Part shown: positions 25,661 to 42,065 of the stretch, in pieces
Layout of the letters: every line of letters begins with the position of its first letter
Position numbering within the stretch: position 1 is the first letter of the stretch
Origin: Octopus vulgaris
Lineage: Eukaryota
Length of the DNA: 64,000 nt
Assembly: GCA_951406725.2 (NCBI GenBank)
Contig: OX597819.1
Location: forward strand, 64,542,001 to 64,606,000
Reading direction: 5' to 3'
Made by a program: the position numbers and the translations under genes
The notes under the pieces: model-generated
What the model was told of the DNA's origin: nothing
The model's input: only the letters and a program-made list of their open reading frames with translations
The model's database searches: none

Positions 25661-26244
25661 TGTCGATGTTTTAAACTGAAAACTTAAAGACGTTGGAATC
25701 AGTATCGATATCAACTGGAAAATTCCTTCTAAATCCAGACCCTAAATTAACTGGTCCACTAAATTTCTAGTGTTCTCTCTTGTAAAATTGAATCTATTAA
25801 AATACTTGAGAACCCCCAAAGAATAAATAAATTCGAGGAACGAGATTTGTTCTTTATGTCCACATTTAAAAAAAAAAAACATCATGTTGGAATTTAAAAG
25901 TACACCACCGGACATTTACTATGCCATTAACATCTGGCTTACATCTGCTTGACATTTAATTATTGTAACGTTGGCTATAGCCCTTGTGGTTGTATTTTTT
26001 TTTACCATTTTCGTCTTCTTCTTTATAAGCGTTTCTTGTTTAAACGTTATCTGCTCAAAGGACAAATAAGGAACAGTCTTGTTTTTGAGCTTGATAAATG
26101 GCATAATAAATTATTATGTCGACCAGGAAACTCTGGATAACTGTAATTGCAAGATTGATGCATTTTATTTTAAGATTATCTTTACTCTTTTAGCTGATGG
26201 AGTAGAATTCTACTTCTTGAAGCATTACCACAGAATTAAATATA

Positions 26245-26281
<37 letters not shown>

Positions 26282-26289
<8 letters not shown>

Positions 26290-26436
26290 ATATTTCGGAA
26301 TGGTCATATTGCCAGTTTAGCCAATAAAAACACACGCACTATACATTTGGTGTTATTTTGCTTCAGTGATATTTATTTTTTACATTAATCTTATTGTCTA
26401 AACTGGCAATATGACCATTCCGAAATATAACAATAT
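26282..26436. repeat. Short hairpin element between (TA)n tracts
   Basis: 46-bp arms 26282-26327 and 26391-26436 with one mismatch. Confidence 0.9.
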
Positions 26437-26489
26437 CTGTTTCAACACACGACTTCACATAAAAAATCTTGCACAACAAATATTTAAAC

Positions 26490-26576
<87 letters not shown>

Positions 26577-27448
26577 GTGTGTGTGTGTGAGAGAGAGAGA
26601 GAGAGATTGCACCGGGGGAGAATCATATTGCGGAGAGGAGAACATATTGCCTTAATCCCTCATTATCTAACACACTCACAGGTTCGATTTCCATTCATTT
26701 ATTATTTATATATTTTCTTCGAAAATTTTCGTTGCGATTTCAACTTTGTCAATAATAAGTTGAGAAGGTTGCAACATCCATTCCCAAGGTTGCAAAAGGC
26801 AACGAAAGATGTTTGAAGAAAGAATATAAATAGTAACCGGTGATTGATAGGACTTACCTTTCTTATGCTTGACTCACTTCCCTGCCCAGATGAAGTAATG
26901 AGTCATTTGCTTTTCTAGCCCTGATGTGGGCTGGGTTTCATATGATATACTAAATACTATTTTATGTAATTGCTCTTCGTGCGTATCCACATCTACACCT
27001 CGTTGTCCTTTTCTCAAATTATTGAAATTTTACTAGCTATTGACACGGACGGAGATGACGCTATAATTTTGTAGTATGAAGTGGCTTCTATTTCCTAGAT
27101 TGATATAGCAATCTAGATTTTCCAGAATTTTCGTTATATATCATTTCATATATTTTGCGTCTTCCCACCCGTAGGTAAAGTTCCATGTATTTTTAACCTC
27201 CTTCAGTAGTCCATCTGTTGCGATGGGACAATCTTCGTGTAGTGGCGCTTTATGGTAAACATTATTGGAAGCAGTAATCCATGTGACCGAAAATGAATGC
27301 TATCCAGAGGCGCAACATGGTTTCCCCTTTTTCCTACTTTTCTGAATACTCTCAGAACCCATTCATTCATTCATTCATTCATTCACTCGCACATCGTTGC
27401 AATTTTAGTAATTTGCACGCAGAAGGATGACTCACTACGCTATCCAAA

Positions 27449-27662
27449 GGCGTCGAGCTGGCAGAAACCATAGAATACCGGGCGAAATGCTTAGCGGTGC
27501 TTCGTCCGTCGTTTCATTCTCAGTTCAAATTCCGCCGAGGTCGACTTTGCCTTTCATCATCCTGGATTGATAAATTAAATAGCAGTTGCGTACTGGGGAC
27601 GATCTAATAAACTGTCTCCCTCCCCCAAAATTTCAGGCCTTGTGCATAGAGTAGAAAAGAAT
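27449..27662 (+). mobile_element. tRNA-derived SINE, family B, full length
   Basis: ggcgtcgagctggcagaa (A-box-like)..agttcaaattcc (B box)..gtcgactttgcctttcat..aaaatttcaggccttgtg. Confidence 0.85.
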
Positions 27663-28202
27663 GTTTGGCTATTCTAATGTAATACCTGATCACGCAATGG
27701 TCCTGATGCTGGGAATCAATACACTCTGGTCCTGCATAACCTGAATGCAGTAACTTTGTCTGTCAATATCTGAGAGCCAGCGTCTAGTCAGGATTGAACT
27801 CTCTGCGGTTTAATTCGTGACTTATTACTCAGAGTAAAGGGCTCATGACCGTTGTCATGAATTCAATTCCCGGTGGCGGGAACACATTTTATTTCATGGT
27901 GATCTAATCCACTCAGCTGGAAAAAAAAATGAGTTGTAATTCAAATGTCCGGCCAAACTACATGAAGAGTACGAATAACTGAGGAGTTGTGAGTCACTTG
28001 CATGTAAATTTCACGAGCGGGCTGTTCCATTGATCGGATCAACAGAAACGCTTGTCATCGTACGAGCGGTGATACGATATTTTTCTTTCAAATCTTTCTG
28101 CATGAATATAGCCAAAATCTGTGATACTTTCTAAGGATCCCTCTCATGCATCACTGAAAATTAATCATACACGTTGATTCTGCATTAAATGTGATATAGT
28201 TA

Positions 28203-28352
28203 AGGGTACAACAGGGCTCGTCACCCCTTCCCCCCCCCTGCCGGAGCCTCGTGGAGGTTTAGGTGTTTAGCTTAATATACACACACAATGCCCGGTCTGG
28301 TAATCGAAACGGCGAACCTCCGACCGCGAGTCCACTGCCCTAACTACTAGGT
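28203..28352 (-). mobile_element. SINE family C, 5' half, head-to-head with next copy
   Basis: Reverse complement of ~28486-28630. Confidence 0.8.
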
Positions 28353-28357
28353 CCTAA

Positions 28358-28792
<435 letters not shown>

Positions 28793-29591
28793 TTTGGGGG
28801 TGAGTATTAATTTAATACAAAACCGAAAGAGCTGCTAATAGTTCCCTGCTTTTATGATATTTTAACTTGGCATATTTATAAAATACACCATCTCTCCCCT
28901 TCTCTCTCTCTCTGGGTACATTTGTTGCTGATTTTATATCGGCTCCCTCTTTCTCGTATATGTATACATACACGCATACACACACAAGCATTGTGTTTTT
29001 GCCTGCGGTTTTTCAATCGGTGTAAGTTTGTTTACGTCCTCGTAACTTAAGTTTTCAGTAAGAAACGTCTGATAAAATATGTACTAGGAATACAAATGAT
29101 TACTTGGGTTGACTTGTTCGACTAAACCTAGACTATATGTTGCCCCAACATATCCACAATCCAATGGGAGAAAGAAATAAGGGATCAAAGCCACAATTAA
29201 AGGAAAAATTTAAATTTTTAATACACATATCTGTATCAATGAAGTCTTCATCAAGTGCTACATTGTATTTGACCTTCAGTTGTCTCCAGATAATAAAAGC
29301 TCGGACCACAGAGACTGACGAAATGTCACAAATACTTTGCCCTGCGTGCTAACGGTTCTGCCAGCTTGCCGTCTTCAAGTAGTATACCAAATAATAATTG
29401 TATGAGCAATTTCATTAAGCATTTGTTCTGATAACTTCGTGTACATTTGCATATCATTCTGTTACATAATCATCGTGAAATTATTGTAATTTCTTATTAT
29501 CTTTCTTTCAAACGTAATAGGTTTTTTCGTTTTTTTTATATAAGTACGTTTTTGCTAGCAAATATACACACACATACACACACTCACTCAC

Positions 29592-29625
<34 letters not shown>

Positions 29626-31449
29626 TACAAACAATGTCATGTGAAGTATGGATGAATACGTCAGGAATGAATCCACATGGTTTCGCATTATTTTATAGAG
29701 TTGCAAACATATCTAATAAATATTGTAGTATTAATTTAGCCTTTCCTATCCAGAGTATATAAAGAGAGTAGTTTACTTTGAATTATCCATATAATTTGAA
29801 AATGAATCATTTTATCATTTGTTAAAGTGCATCGCTTTACAATAAAAATAAGTGAAATTGTTTAAAATTTTTCCCATCCATAATTATCAAACGCTTCCAC
29901 ATTAAGGCAAATCAGTTAATGTTTTGGTTAATACTGTAGATAAAACATGTAAATTCAGAAGCGTGAGTAAGCTTTGTTAATTTTATTTAAATGCTACGTT
30001 TAGGAAAAAGTCACCACCTTAAAAAATATTCTAAACATATGCTTTATATTGTAATTTAAAAATTTATTATATATACAACTGATATTTCATATTTGTTTCT
30101 CATTTATAATATTCAATATATCAAAAGTAAATATTTTAAATTTACTCTATTAATCGCATAAAAATAAATGGTCTATTTGATTTTAAATTTTATAACTGGA
30201 TAATAGTTCCTTTTAAATTATTTCAACACGTACCTTTGAATTATGTTTTAAATTATAATTCAGAATTGCTTTGTTTGAAATATATTCTTATCCTAGAAAG
30301 GCAACGATATAAGTCACATTCACGCAGTTGTTTTCCGGATATATTTTTGATGATATTAGTGAATATAATGTAGTACCCAACAGTAATGTCCGAAAAGTTT
30401 AACCTCGGAACATGCACGAGCATTTGCCATTAAATATTCTTTTTTGTACTTCTTGACGTAAATACAATTTCTATTTCCTTATTGTAAAGTTTGTATGTCA
30501 ACATTTTAAGAAGTTCGCCGTCTTCCAAGCTGAACTGATAAATATATCATCAGACTCCAAGTGCTGCGAAGATAGAGTGAGCGATCACATTAAAATCTAA
30601 AATCTGTATTTGATTGTTCAAAACATTTAGTGCAGTTCTACACCCCACTATGGCTAATATATTTCATATATCCATCGCATAAAATCGAACGCAGAGTCGG
30701 TTACTTCAATGCACTGAAAAAGTAATTCTAAAGGATAATTGGCAATGAGATTTAACACGAAAAGAAATCGCGGCATTTTGATGGAATCGTCTGTCCTGGA
30801 ATCAGAGTATTCAACAATTCTTTTCAAATTTTGGACATAATTGAAAACGTCTATGAAGATAACAGCCCTTGAAGACATAAAGGATTCAGTTAGGAGGCAT
30901 TTTATCAAACGCAAACAGCTTCTTTGAGTTGTTTTAGATTGTTTAATATTTTGTCAATTGAATTGTGAATACATTGAAATGCAAAATTGCTGATGTAACA
31001 CAATGGCCGAGAGTATTGTAGAATGCATTCCATGAAATTCACTTCAACATTGAAGCCTTTAACGCTTATCAGAACGGCGTAAACTTGCAATCCTCTTTTT
31101 CTTTCAATTCAGCTGCTTCAAAGGAATTTCACTTGCAACAAATTTAAAATTGACCAAACATTACTGCCCGTCGTAAGAAAGCTGACTTTGAGAAAATAAA
31201 TTTTACTATATTCGTGAGCATGAAAATATGTTTCAGCATGCTATGATTTGCTGATAAAAGTTTCTAAATGTGTTATATCAAATTTTGATGTCATCACTTC
31301 AACAAGTGAAACATCTTTTTTTTTCAAAACAAGACTGAATTCATTTAAATAAATATTTCCAGATCCGTCTTTTCAAATATTGCCAAAAATTCACTTTAGG
31401 TGCTTTGAATTATTTTTTCTTGTTTATACTATATAGTTATATGGTTGTT

Positions 31450-33420
31450 CTCTGTATCTCGCATGGGATATATTAAAAAAACATTTATGTGTGATAGTGG
31501 ACAGTCAGTTGTTAAATATTCCTTTAATTGAAGTTGTTTTGTTTTACTTTAGCTCTCATTTTCGTGTAGACGAGGACTTTGTGTTTTTCATAGATAATTT
31601 TCGGAATGTGCACACAGGCTATATTTTCCTGTACGGTAATGTTGTACTGATCACAAAGATACCAGGGCTGTGGTGCATCAAACTTGTGACAAATTTTACT
31701 TTTAATACTTTATAGATAATGGCTCTTTAAAATAATTTTTTTGAAACGGAGATGTACATTTTCTGGGAGCGCTGCGTCAGTTTGCAGCTATATGTTGCAT
31801 GCTTTTGGTATGTTGCTATTTCTAAATCGCATGTGCAGTCTTTGTTTTTTGCAGCTTAATAGCTTTTGAAAAATGGTTTGTGGTGATTATTGTTTGTACA
31901 GAAGTTGTTAATGATTGATGTTCAGAAAGTGTGTGGCTATATTTGTTGCATTTACGACGCGTGTTGATTGCGTTCAGTTTAGTTAATTTCGTTGGCGGGT
32001 TGCTTTTGATGGTTTACATGTTCATTGAGTTTTCTACTGTATCCGATTGCATTTTGAGCTTCATTGTAGAATGGTGGCCTTTGGTCAAGGATTCCTTCTT
32101 CTAACGAATTTCTTGACATTTACCGTTTTATATATATTTCTGACCACAGTTTTGACAATTAATGGGGGCTTGTTCCATTTTATGATTATTTCAACTGGCA
32201 ACATGTTAGAATTTGTGAAGAAGTAATGTTTCAATATGTCCCTGAGTACTATTAAGTCAAGATAGGCTGCGTTTTATCGAAGAAATTACTATTTTTATAG
32301 GAGCATTTTCTCAAACTACTCTGTATGTTCTTTTTCGAATCTATCAAATTTACATCCGCCCCTATTTTGATGTACTACCAGGCCTTTGTCTCGGTTTGTA
32401 TTGCATTTCGTGGATATTATTTCCTGGATATATTGCTCCACTATATAACAGGTTTCATCATATTACAATACCCCATATCGACACAAATGTTTTGATTTTC
32501 TTCTTTTTCTCAGCCTCAATTTCCGTAGAATATGAACAATCCCGCATAAATATGATGATAAATGTGATGTATCATTAAACTCACAGGACATTCTCCACGC
32601 ATCATTGCATTATATGGGGATACATCTTGAAGCAGGTCACCTAGAGCACATATATATATCTACCTAAATATCGAACAATGAAAATGAATGCTCAACGTTC
32701 CATTGACGGATATTAAAGCTATCAATATTTCCAATGCAAAATGGAGACAAACTCTAAATTTTGTATGTAACTGACTTGAATGATTGTTGAGAATGTTCTT
32801 AACATGAAATCATGAAATCCGTAAAAATCTACGACTAGTTAACATATATGAATGTGAGGTTACGAGAAACATACCTTTATTCTACCAGTATCCAGCGCTG
32901 TTTACGAATATGGAATGAAAGAGTCACAATCAAAAATTTGTAATAATAAGAATTTGGTCTAATTGCGGGACAGTTTTCTATGTGTAACAAAGGAATGGAC
33001 ATCAATTCATGTGTGATATATTTCTGAATTTCCTGCCATTTAGATGAATTTAGAGAAGTTTGATACCTTCATTTTTAACCCTACATGCCACTATAGGTGT
33101 ATATCTAAAGAGACAAAAGAGCGAGTAGAACATATAAAGAAAAAATATAATCCCTGTTTTAATCCTTGAATTATTTTCAGAGAAAAAAAATCCATATTCT
33201 TATAGATAAGATATCGACTGCTAGGGCGAGAGAATTTTACAAATTCCAGTTCTTTTCATCTGCATTAACAACCTCCTTGAAAAGTGCTTTGGTTTCTTAC
33301 GTTATGTATAAATCCCCACCCTGATTATCGTAAATCAAAAATAGTCTTGACGTGATTTGCTTTGAAATGAAAGGAAAAATTTGCAAGCATATATCAAAGT
33401 AAAACAAATGCTTTTATTCT
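31450..33420 (-). mobile_element. Decayed Naiad-type Penelope-like element (RT plus C-terminal GIY-YIG region)
   Basis: Minus-strand motifs in order: NIDSF/YPSM (~32700), VDMG..DETCYIV..NRDKGL (32380-32490; cf. FDVTMG..E.CELVG..YRDDGL), PPLIVK (32170), PPFYNEAQNAIGY (32040-32080), CN*R..C..IIYK (31700-31790), YSLCAHSE (31600). Confidence 0.7.
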
Positions 33421-34888
33421 TTTCATACCCGTGGGAGAAGAACGAGAATTTTAAGATCAAATTTAAACCTACCCTAAGAATATGAAACATTACGAATTAA
33501 ATTATAACAAATTACTTGAAAAATGGAATAATATGGTATATATAAAATGTTTGCTGCTATAATTTAGGGCACTGCGTGGAAAAGTTTATATGAAAAATAT
33601 TGATGATAGACAAAAGATAGGTTACTAAAATATATTCTATTATAAAATTGTGTGCACAAAATCAAGCACTAAATATATAAAGATATATAAATATATCAAT
33701 TCACTAAGAAATGTATTAAAAATACATTAAGAATATATAAATATGCTAAGAATATATTAGGAAGATGCAATATATAGCTCCAGAAAACGTGAGATCTTAT
33801 ACTTCGCTCCCGCCTTCTCCTTCAAGATCAGATCCATACCAAAATTATTTTTTTACAATCTTAAAATCAAACTTTCCGCCGCAAGACAAGTATTATTATA
33901 TTTCAAAAAAATCTCTAGTAAAAATATCTTACTCCACTACACCAAACATCGGATATATCTTATCTACTCTCGATAATCGCATACTCCGAGGTAAGTCGAT
34001 TGAACATGTATAACTTTATATAGCACCCCAAACGAATCCGCAATATAACAAATAGTACCACAAATACTAACAACCCTCCTATGCTAAGTAATTCTAATAA
34101 GATAACAGTATCTCGTAACCCGGATTATCAAATAATGAATTCCAGTCCTAACAAAACCATCAGTTCCAATTGTGTTACAAACTCCGACTTAAACCAACCA
34201 TTACCGACGACGTGTTAACCTAGATTAACCTCTCTAGGGCGATGCTTTGACTATCATAGAAACACAAATATATCCTAATATTGCCGTGCATCCAATTTAG
34301 GTCCTCTTGAAGGCATACGCGAGAATGTGATATATAAACACACTGTGTTGACTCACCGCAACCACTAAACAATGATATATACTGGGAGCAGAGTAGATTT
34401 TAAGCGTAGATATCGAGCACATATTTATTCAATTATTATTCCTGAAACTAAATTTTCTACTTCTGTAGCTACATATATCCATAGCCTCAAATCGCACAAT
34501 ATTCTGTTGTTTCTGCGTGTCCATTTGTGACGTCAATCCAGATTTATTAAAAGAACAATAAATAAACTGTAAACACTTCGCAATTGAATTGCTGCTACTT
34601 TTGCCCAGAAGCAGACAGATTTTAAAAAAAAGATAAAATGTCTTAAACATTTTCCTTTGAAATAATCGATCTCGTTATTACCTTGAATATATATATGTAT
34701 ATATTTCCTTTTTGTTAATGCATCAAATTATTTCTTTCTGTTAATGTCATTAATGGTGAGAAAACACCACCTATTTATTTGTAAGCATATTCCAATAAAC
34801 TATTTCTTTTCACCTGGCGAGTATTATGAATAAAAATGCCTATTCGTCCATACAGCTGATTGTGTGCTATGAATTATTCTTACCGACG

Positions 34889-34959
<71 letters not shown>

Positions 34960-35636
34960 TATAGTTATGAAAAAATAGTACCTCTGACACATCATATATG
35001 AAATCAGGACTCTGTATTTGATAATATACAAAGAATCTCATAAATACTACAGCGGCGCAATTTATAATTTGGAAGCGAATGACAAAGGGATGATAGCAAT
35101 TACATTTTCATCGATATATAAGCAACTAAATGGGTGAAATGCAAAAGAAAAGCAAGAGAAAGGAAAAGCATAGTTGAAAATGCCGAAGGATTATGCGGCC
35201 TAATTTATAGACTACTATGAATAAAGTAAAGTGCATAAACGAAACTGTATATAATCTGTATTATATGGAGAAAGGAAAAGAAACAGTATCGTTAATTTAT
35301 CAATTGAATCAGGAATAATGGATGATAAAACGATAGATGTTCAGTAATTGTTATGGAACAAAAATATTTCAGCTGGTGTCAGCAATTTATTGTTTTGTAG
35401 TATTTCTCTAAAGAAATGTGAGAGGAAAAATGCTTCCGTTCAAATAAATGTTATCTTCTTTTGACAGGTTGTACTCTATATAATATATGAGTGCATGATT
35501 TCAATTTTATGATTATATACTCACAAACAGCACCAAATAGCCATATTGGTCGTTTATAATCACACTACATCAGGCAAAAACAACATGCCTCGGAAAACGC
35601 AACTGATGTGACACAAAATCCACAGATTCCTGCAAC

Positions 35637-35695
<59 letters not shown>

Positions 35696-36402
35696 GGACA
35701 AACTAAAGCAGGGCACTCAACTAATTTAGTGGCAGTTAGATGAATGGGTACTCCGAGTTTCAAGCGTGATGCTAGTCTTCAATCATTTTTAATTTGCAAA
35801 CATTTGGGCAGGAGGTTTCTTGGTCATATGAAAAAAAGGATACTTTGAGGTTATCAATGCAATAAGGATTAATTGATGACTGGAGGTTTAAGGTTGATTA
35901 TGCATACTTACAAACATTTAATAAGGAAATCTCGTATGATAAATACAAAACAATTAAGATAAATATATATAAATATAACTAGATAAATATAACTAGAAAA
36001 GCTTTTCAAAATTACATAAGCTGCTCTATAGAAATAGACGATTTTATAGATGTTGAATTCATTAGGTTAGAGCATAAATGTGTCTCTTTAAATACATCTT
36101 TTTAATAAATGATTCAAGGTTTATAATTTCCATTGTGTTCGATTTTCAGTGTATCTTTGTGCATCCAGGATATCCGTGTGAATTTCAATTACAATCGTAT
36201 TTGTTTAGGATTACCTATAGCTTGGTTTTGAAAACGATGACGAGATTCATTCTTACGATGGAATTATGTCCATCTTGAGATACTTCAAGGATTCCTTTTC
36301 GCGATGAGAAATATATTGATTTAAGAAAAACCTAGTAAATTTAGTGTGGGAGATTGTTTCTTCAGAGACACACCGGCTGTAATGCGGATGCGTGTGCACG
36401 TT

Positions 36403-36748
<346 letters not shown>

Positions 36749-37228
36749 GTAACAGAAAAGAGGAATTTCGATTATCTTCACGTGGTGAGTTGTAACGTAT
36801 ATAAGAAATTAGAAAAGGAAAATACGCAAGCTTATATAGTTTTTAATATATGTACAGGTTTCGCTATCGCTCTTTATGATATCATGTTTTACTTATTTGA
36901 ATATATATATTTTTCTTAAGAAGAAATTTTGTCCATGTTGCGTGTAATGAAATTCACGAGTGAATGCCTTCACAAGTAGATAAATAAAGGGAGGCAATTG
37001 GTTGTCGTTATTATTGCTATTGTTGTGGGTAAGGGAGATAACTGTTCAGCTTCCGGTAATGGGAGGGGAATATATGTTTACAGACAGAGACACGTTTAGT
37101 GAGGGGATTTATGTACAGTGATGTAATCGTGAAATGAAATATGTAAAAATATAAGTTTGCTATGTGTGCATATTAAGACGAGTTTTGTATTTTTCAATGA
37201 AATATATGTATATATATATGTACATATA

Positions 37229-37296
<68 letters not shown>

Positions 37297-37463
37297 TCTG
37301 ATGTGTGCATGTGTGTCTGTGTGTGTAAGAAAGAGTATGTATGAATTATACATACATACATACATATATATATATACATTGCTTTATTTTGAGATTGCTA
37401 ATATTAACAATACTCGTAAATTACATACAGACTGGAGCTGTTGTGTTCCAATTGAGCTATATT

Positions 37464-38153
37464 CCGATGAATAATCTGAATAGAGGCAATGCAAGCGGAA
37501 ACAAGAGGAACATAATTAAAAACCACGCTTAAAATCAAATATATACATATATACTTCTACATTTATAAAACGGATATAAAAATTCCAAATATATAAATAC
37601 AGACATACATATAAATAAAGAATATCGATATGATACATAAAACACTTTAGATTTTTAGATTTTAGATTTAAAAGTTGTAAAACATTAGTATGATAAAATT
37701 ATAATAAATTCAAATAATTTTTTCAAGTGGCTGCTATGTAATTGTATAATTGTATTTCTGCATTTGGTTTTTCTGTATTGTGTGAAACGTCCTGAATAAG
37801 GGTAGAGTCAGTTTTAACAATATGAAATATATCATGTTACTTGGAACGTCCCTGAAACGGCCCGTGGATGGGATTTTAAAATTTTTGCAATATTTTCGTG
37901 GTATTTTAGTACGTCCTTTTAATGTTTTATCATATGAATCTTGTATTATAACTTTAAAATCTAAAATTCACTGTGTTTTATGCATCATATCGATATGCCC
38001 CATTTATATGTATTTTTGTAATTATATACTTGGAATTGTTATATCCGTTTTATAAATGTAGAAGAATATTGTATATATTTGATTTTGAATGTGGTTTTTA
38101 GTAATATTCCTCTTGTTTCCGCTTGCATTGTCCCCATTCAGATTATTAAGCGG
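37464..38153 (+). mobile_element. Palindromic pLTR-type element with decayed hammerhead in the spacer
   Basis: Arms 37464-37700 and 37925-38153 are diverged reverse complements (gcaagcggaaacaagaggaa / ttcctcttgtttccgcttgc). Spacer: CGUC-CUGAAUA-AGGG...CCCU-GAAACGGCCCGU-GGAUG; right end abuts (TA)n. Confidence 0.7.
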
Positions 38154-38571
38154 TATATATATATATATATATACACCAGGGAAAAGAGGAAGAAGAAAAA
38201 GTATCTCTAATGTATCTTGAATCCTAAGTTACACATGTTCCCATACCATTGCTAATTGCAACGCCAGTTTACGCGAAAGTTCTTAAAGAAAAATTACGTA
38301 ATATATGTGGTTTTAGGCAATCAAGCGGCACTTCCTCGGACATACATCAAAGACATTGAGTGTATATCAGACCCTGTTGTTATGGAGGTATCGGGAGTGG
38401 ATTATTTACAATTTGCCAAACCATACGACGGTTTAATCATCGTGAAACCTGGATTTTCTACACCTGAAGTATTCCGGATTTGGCTTGGATCCCGACAGCG
38501 TTCATAGCCCAGTATTCGGGTTAAGGGCCTGTCTGGAAATGCCCCAAACTTCACACCCAACGGGCTTTTGC

Positions 38572-38609
<38 letters not shown>

Positions 38610-38635
38610 CATGTGTGTGTGTGTCCGTGTCTATG

Positions 38636-38670
<35 letters not shown>

Positions 38671-40464
38671 TTATGTATGTGTATATATGTGTGTGTATAT
38701 ATGTGTGTATGTGTGTGTGTGTGTGCGTGTGTGTGTGTTCGTGTGTGCATATATATACAGACAGACATTTATGAAACCTGAAACAATATTACAAAAATGT
38801 TACTCAGAGTTCCCGCTTGTCGGACAGTTGTGGCGTGTATTCTATTTTAGTTTATTTATACAAATACGTACATATATATTATCATATCGAATGAGGGGTG
38901 TAATCGTACAAAAATATTTTCGTTATTTTTTTGTATATTCTGTCTTGCATCACATTTACTGTATTAGGGATTTTATCTTATCACCATGGGAACGGAATTG
39001 CAATCTTGCACACGATCACGCAATAAATTTATGTTGACCCAGTTACTATCGATGCCGTTGATTCATGTGATCACGCAGAAAAATGTGTACATTTATAAAG
39101 AGGAGTCCATAAACATCTCTAGGATTTACAGCACGCGACCCATTTTGTACAACTAATTTTCGTTTCGATTACAAATTATATACAATGATCATGCGAAATT
39201 CAACAGAATAGACCATTTACATGAAGTGAATGCGTGATTAAAAGCAACAATGCTAGAGAATTTGACTTTATGTAAAACAAGTCGTTAAACCCGTAATAAA
39301 TCTGAAAACTTCTGACACCATTTTGTATTCTACCACTACACAAACACTACATGAAGTGTCGTTCACTTACGTAATGTCAGATCATAAATCTCTCTAATCT
39401 TTAATAACGACTAATACTGAAACTCAACGAAGGTGGAACGAGTAGTGTCTCGTTTCAGTAAAATTGCTAAACGATCAGTTTTAAACCGCTGACTGCTGAT
39501 ACGTATAACCCCAGAGCTAAAGATTGAGAGGAAATTGCTCTCTTTGTGCATAATATATTCATAGACATTACATTGCTGTAGCGATAGTAAATCACAGACA
39601 CAAACTCACACGCACACATGCATGCATACATGCGCACACACAGACGCACACACATAAACACACACACAAACACACAATAATGCATAATATGCTTATACAT
39701 ATGTATATATAAGCATGTGTGTGTGTGAAAAATATATATATATGTCTAAATATACATCTTTAATCGTTTATTTTATATATATTTATACGTACATACACAT
39801 ATATATGTGTGTGTGTATGTATACTCATATGTGTGTATGTATGTGTTTGTGTGAATGTGTGTACGAATATTTAGAGTAATATGTCCTGCTTTAAGTCGAA
39901 TTACAATAAAAGTTACATAAAACTTAAAGGCTTACTCAGAACAAAACTAGATGTAATATTCATTATATTCTCACTACAAGATTGGTGCTAGTGACATCGA
40001 AGTTTTGGACTGCTTGCCTTCGTCCAAACTGTTTACTCGAGAAACATTTATATACACACACTCATACAGACTCAGACACAAATGTAATCTCGCTAACACG
40101 CACACATATGTAATAATTATATACAGATGTATAATACAATGATGTATAATAACATGATATATAACATAAATCCCGTTCTGTGTGTGTGTGTGTGTAATAA
40201 AAACCATTATGCTCTTCAAGCTCCATACATTCTTCTATACAATTTCTACTTTACACTTAAATGCTTCCTTTCCGAGATATACTTTACGTTGCTTCTCTGT
40301 AATATGCCTCCATTCTGAGCACTCTACTCTTGTTATATCACAGAATTTAAAGAGATATTTACTGTAACCTTATATTTTATTTTGCCTCAAAATTGTTTTA
40401 GTATCATACACATGGAGCTTGGTATATATGAATATGAATAGAATGGGTTAAAAAATATATTGGC

Positions 40465-40647
40465 TTCGAAGTTTGGAACAAAGCGGTTAGGTCCAGGGGA
40501 GGAGGCATGTACATTGAATCAAACCCAGTGAAATATTAGTACTTTTTTGTATCGACCCTGAATGAATAATGGGTAAGGTCGATCGCGGCGGAATTTTGAA
40601 CTCCGCCAAGCATTTTCTAGGATGTGCTAAAGTTTCTGCCAGATGGT
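40465..40647 (-). mobile_element. SINE family B (internally deleted)
   Basis: tatcgaccctgaatgaataatgggtaaggtcgatcgcggcggaatttt..gctaaagtttctgccag. Confidence 0.65.
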
Positions 40648-40714
40648 CGTGCATGTATGCATGTGTATACACACACTCACACACACAAACACACGCGCGT
40701 ATATTTATAAATAG

Positions 40715-41212
<498 letters not shown>

Positions 41213-41214
41213 TT

Positions 41215-41967
41215 TTTTTTCGTTATGGGATAAAAAAATCAAGGCAGTGGAGATTTTAGAACATTTATAAATAGAAAGTCTTACAGCGGTTTCTAGGTTA
41301 TTTATTACATGCATTCATCCGAGTTGGTGTGAGAAGATGGTTAAGCAATAGTTAATTTAGATAAGATATGAAATAGAGAGTAAGGTGGAGAAAAGAAAAT
41401 AGATGTGACATATGCAGGGATATTTTATATGTAGATCCATTATTTAGGCGGAATGGTATATATATAAGATTGCAGTAACTTATGAGTAAAATCTAATAGT
41501 ATTTAAAATTGGTCATTTCAAGTATAGAGTTTATACACAGTGTTATTGAATCAAGGGTTTTATTTAAGTTCACCTAAAAGTAGGGAATGTATTAGTAAGG
41601 TCAAATCGAAAACAGCAAGAGAAGAATAAAGAAAGAGAAATAAGGGAAAGAAAGAGAAGAAAATAACAAGAAAAATAATAAAAGAAAATAAAAATATAAA
41701 AGAACAAAAATCAGGAAGAGAGGAATAAAGAAAAAAAGAAAAAAGAAAAACAAGGAAGAGACAATTTGAAAGTAGGAATGGGGTGATAAGGGTGCTAGAG
41801 AAAGTTATTCGAGTGTGAAAAAATAGAAGGCATGGAGGGGATAGAGGGAGGGATATATAAAGTAAATGAGAGTCTAAGTGATGGGACAGAGACATGGGTA
41901 GTAGTATGGGATGAAGAATTTAGGAATTTGAGTGGTTGGGTAGGTCAGTCCTTAGTAGTAGAAGAAA
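41215..41967 (-). mobile_element. Possible Penelope-like 3' remnant with decayed hammerhead
   Basis: Minus strand 41276-41325 CU-CGGAUGA...GAAACCGCUGUA|AGAC; ends in (TA)n; 41868-41967 has an inverted partner at 43776-43872. Confidence 0.4.
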
Positions 41968-42006
41968 ATATATATGTGAAGATGTATACATATGTATATA
42001 TTAGAC

Positions 42007-42064
<58 letters not shown>

Positions 42065-42065
<1 letters not shown>

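Noticed and set aside
25690-26230. Further Penelope-like RT debris (VEFYSIS on minus strand)
   Set aside because: Motifs too short and conflicting in strand to support without an alignment.
30350-31150. Possible decayed transposase
   Set aside because: Only a vague RVF motif; no ordered set of motifs recognisable.
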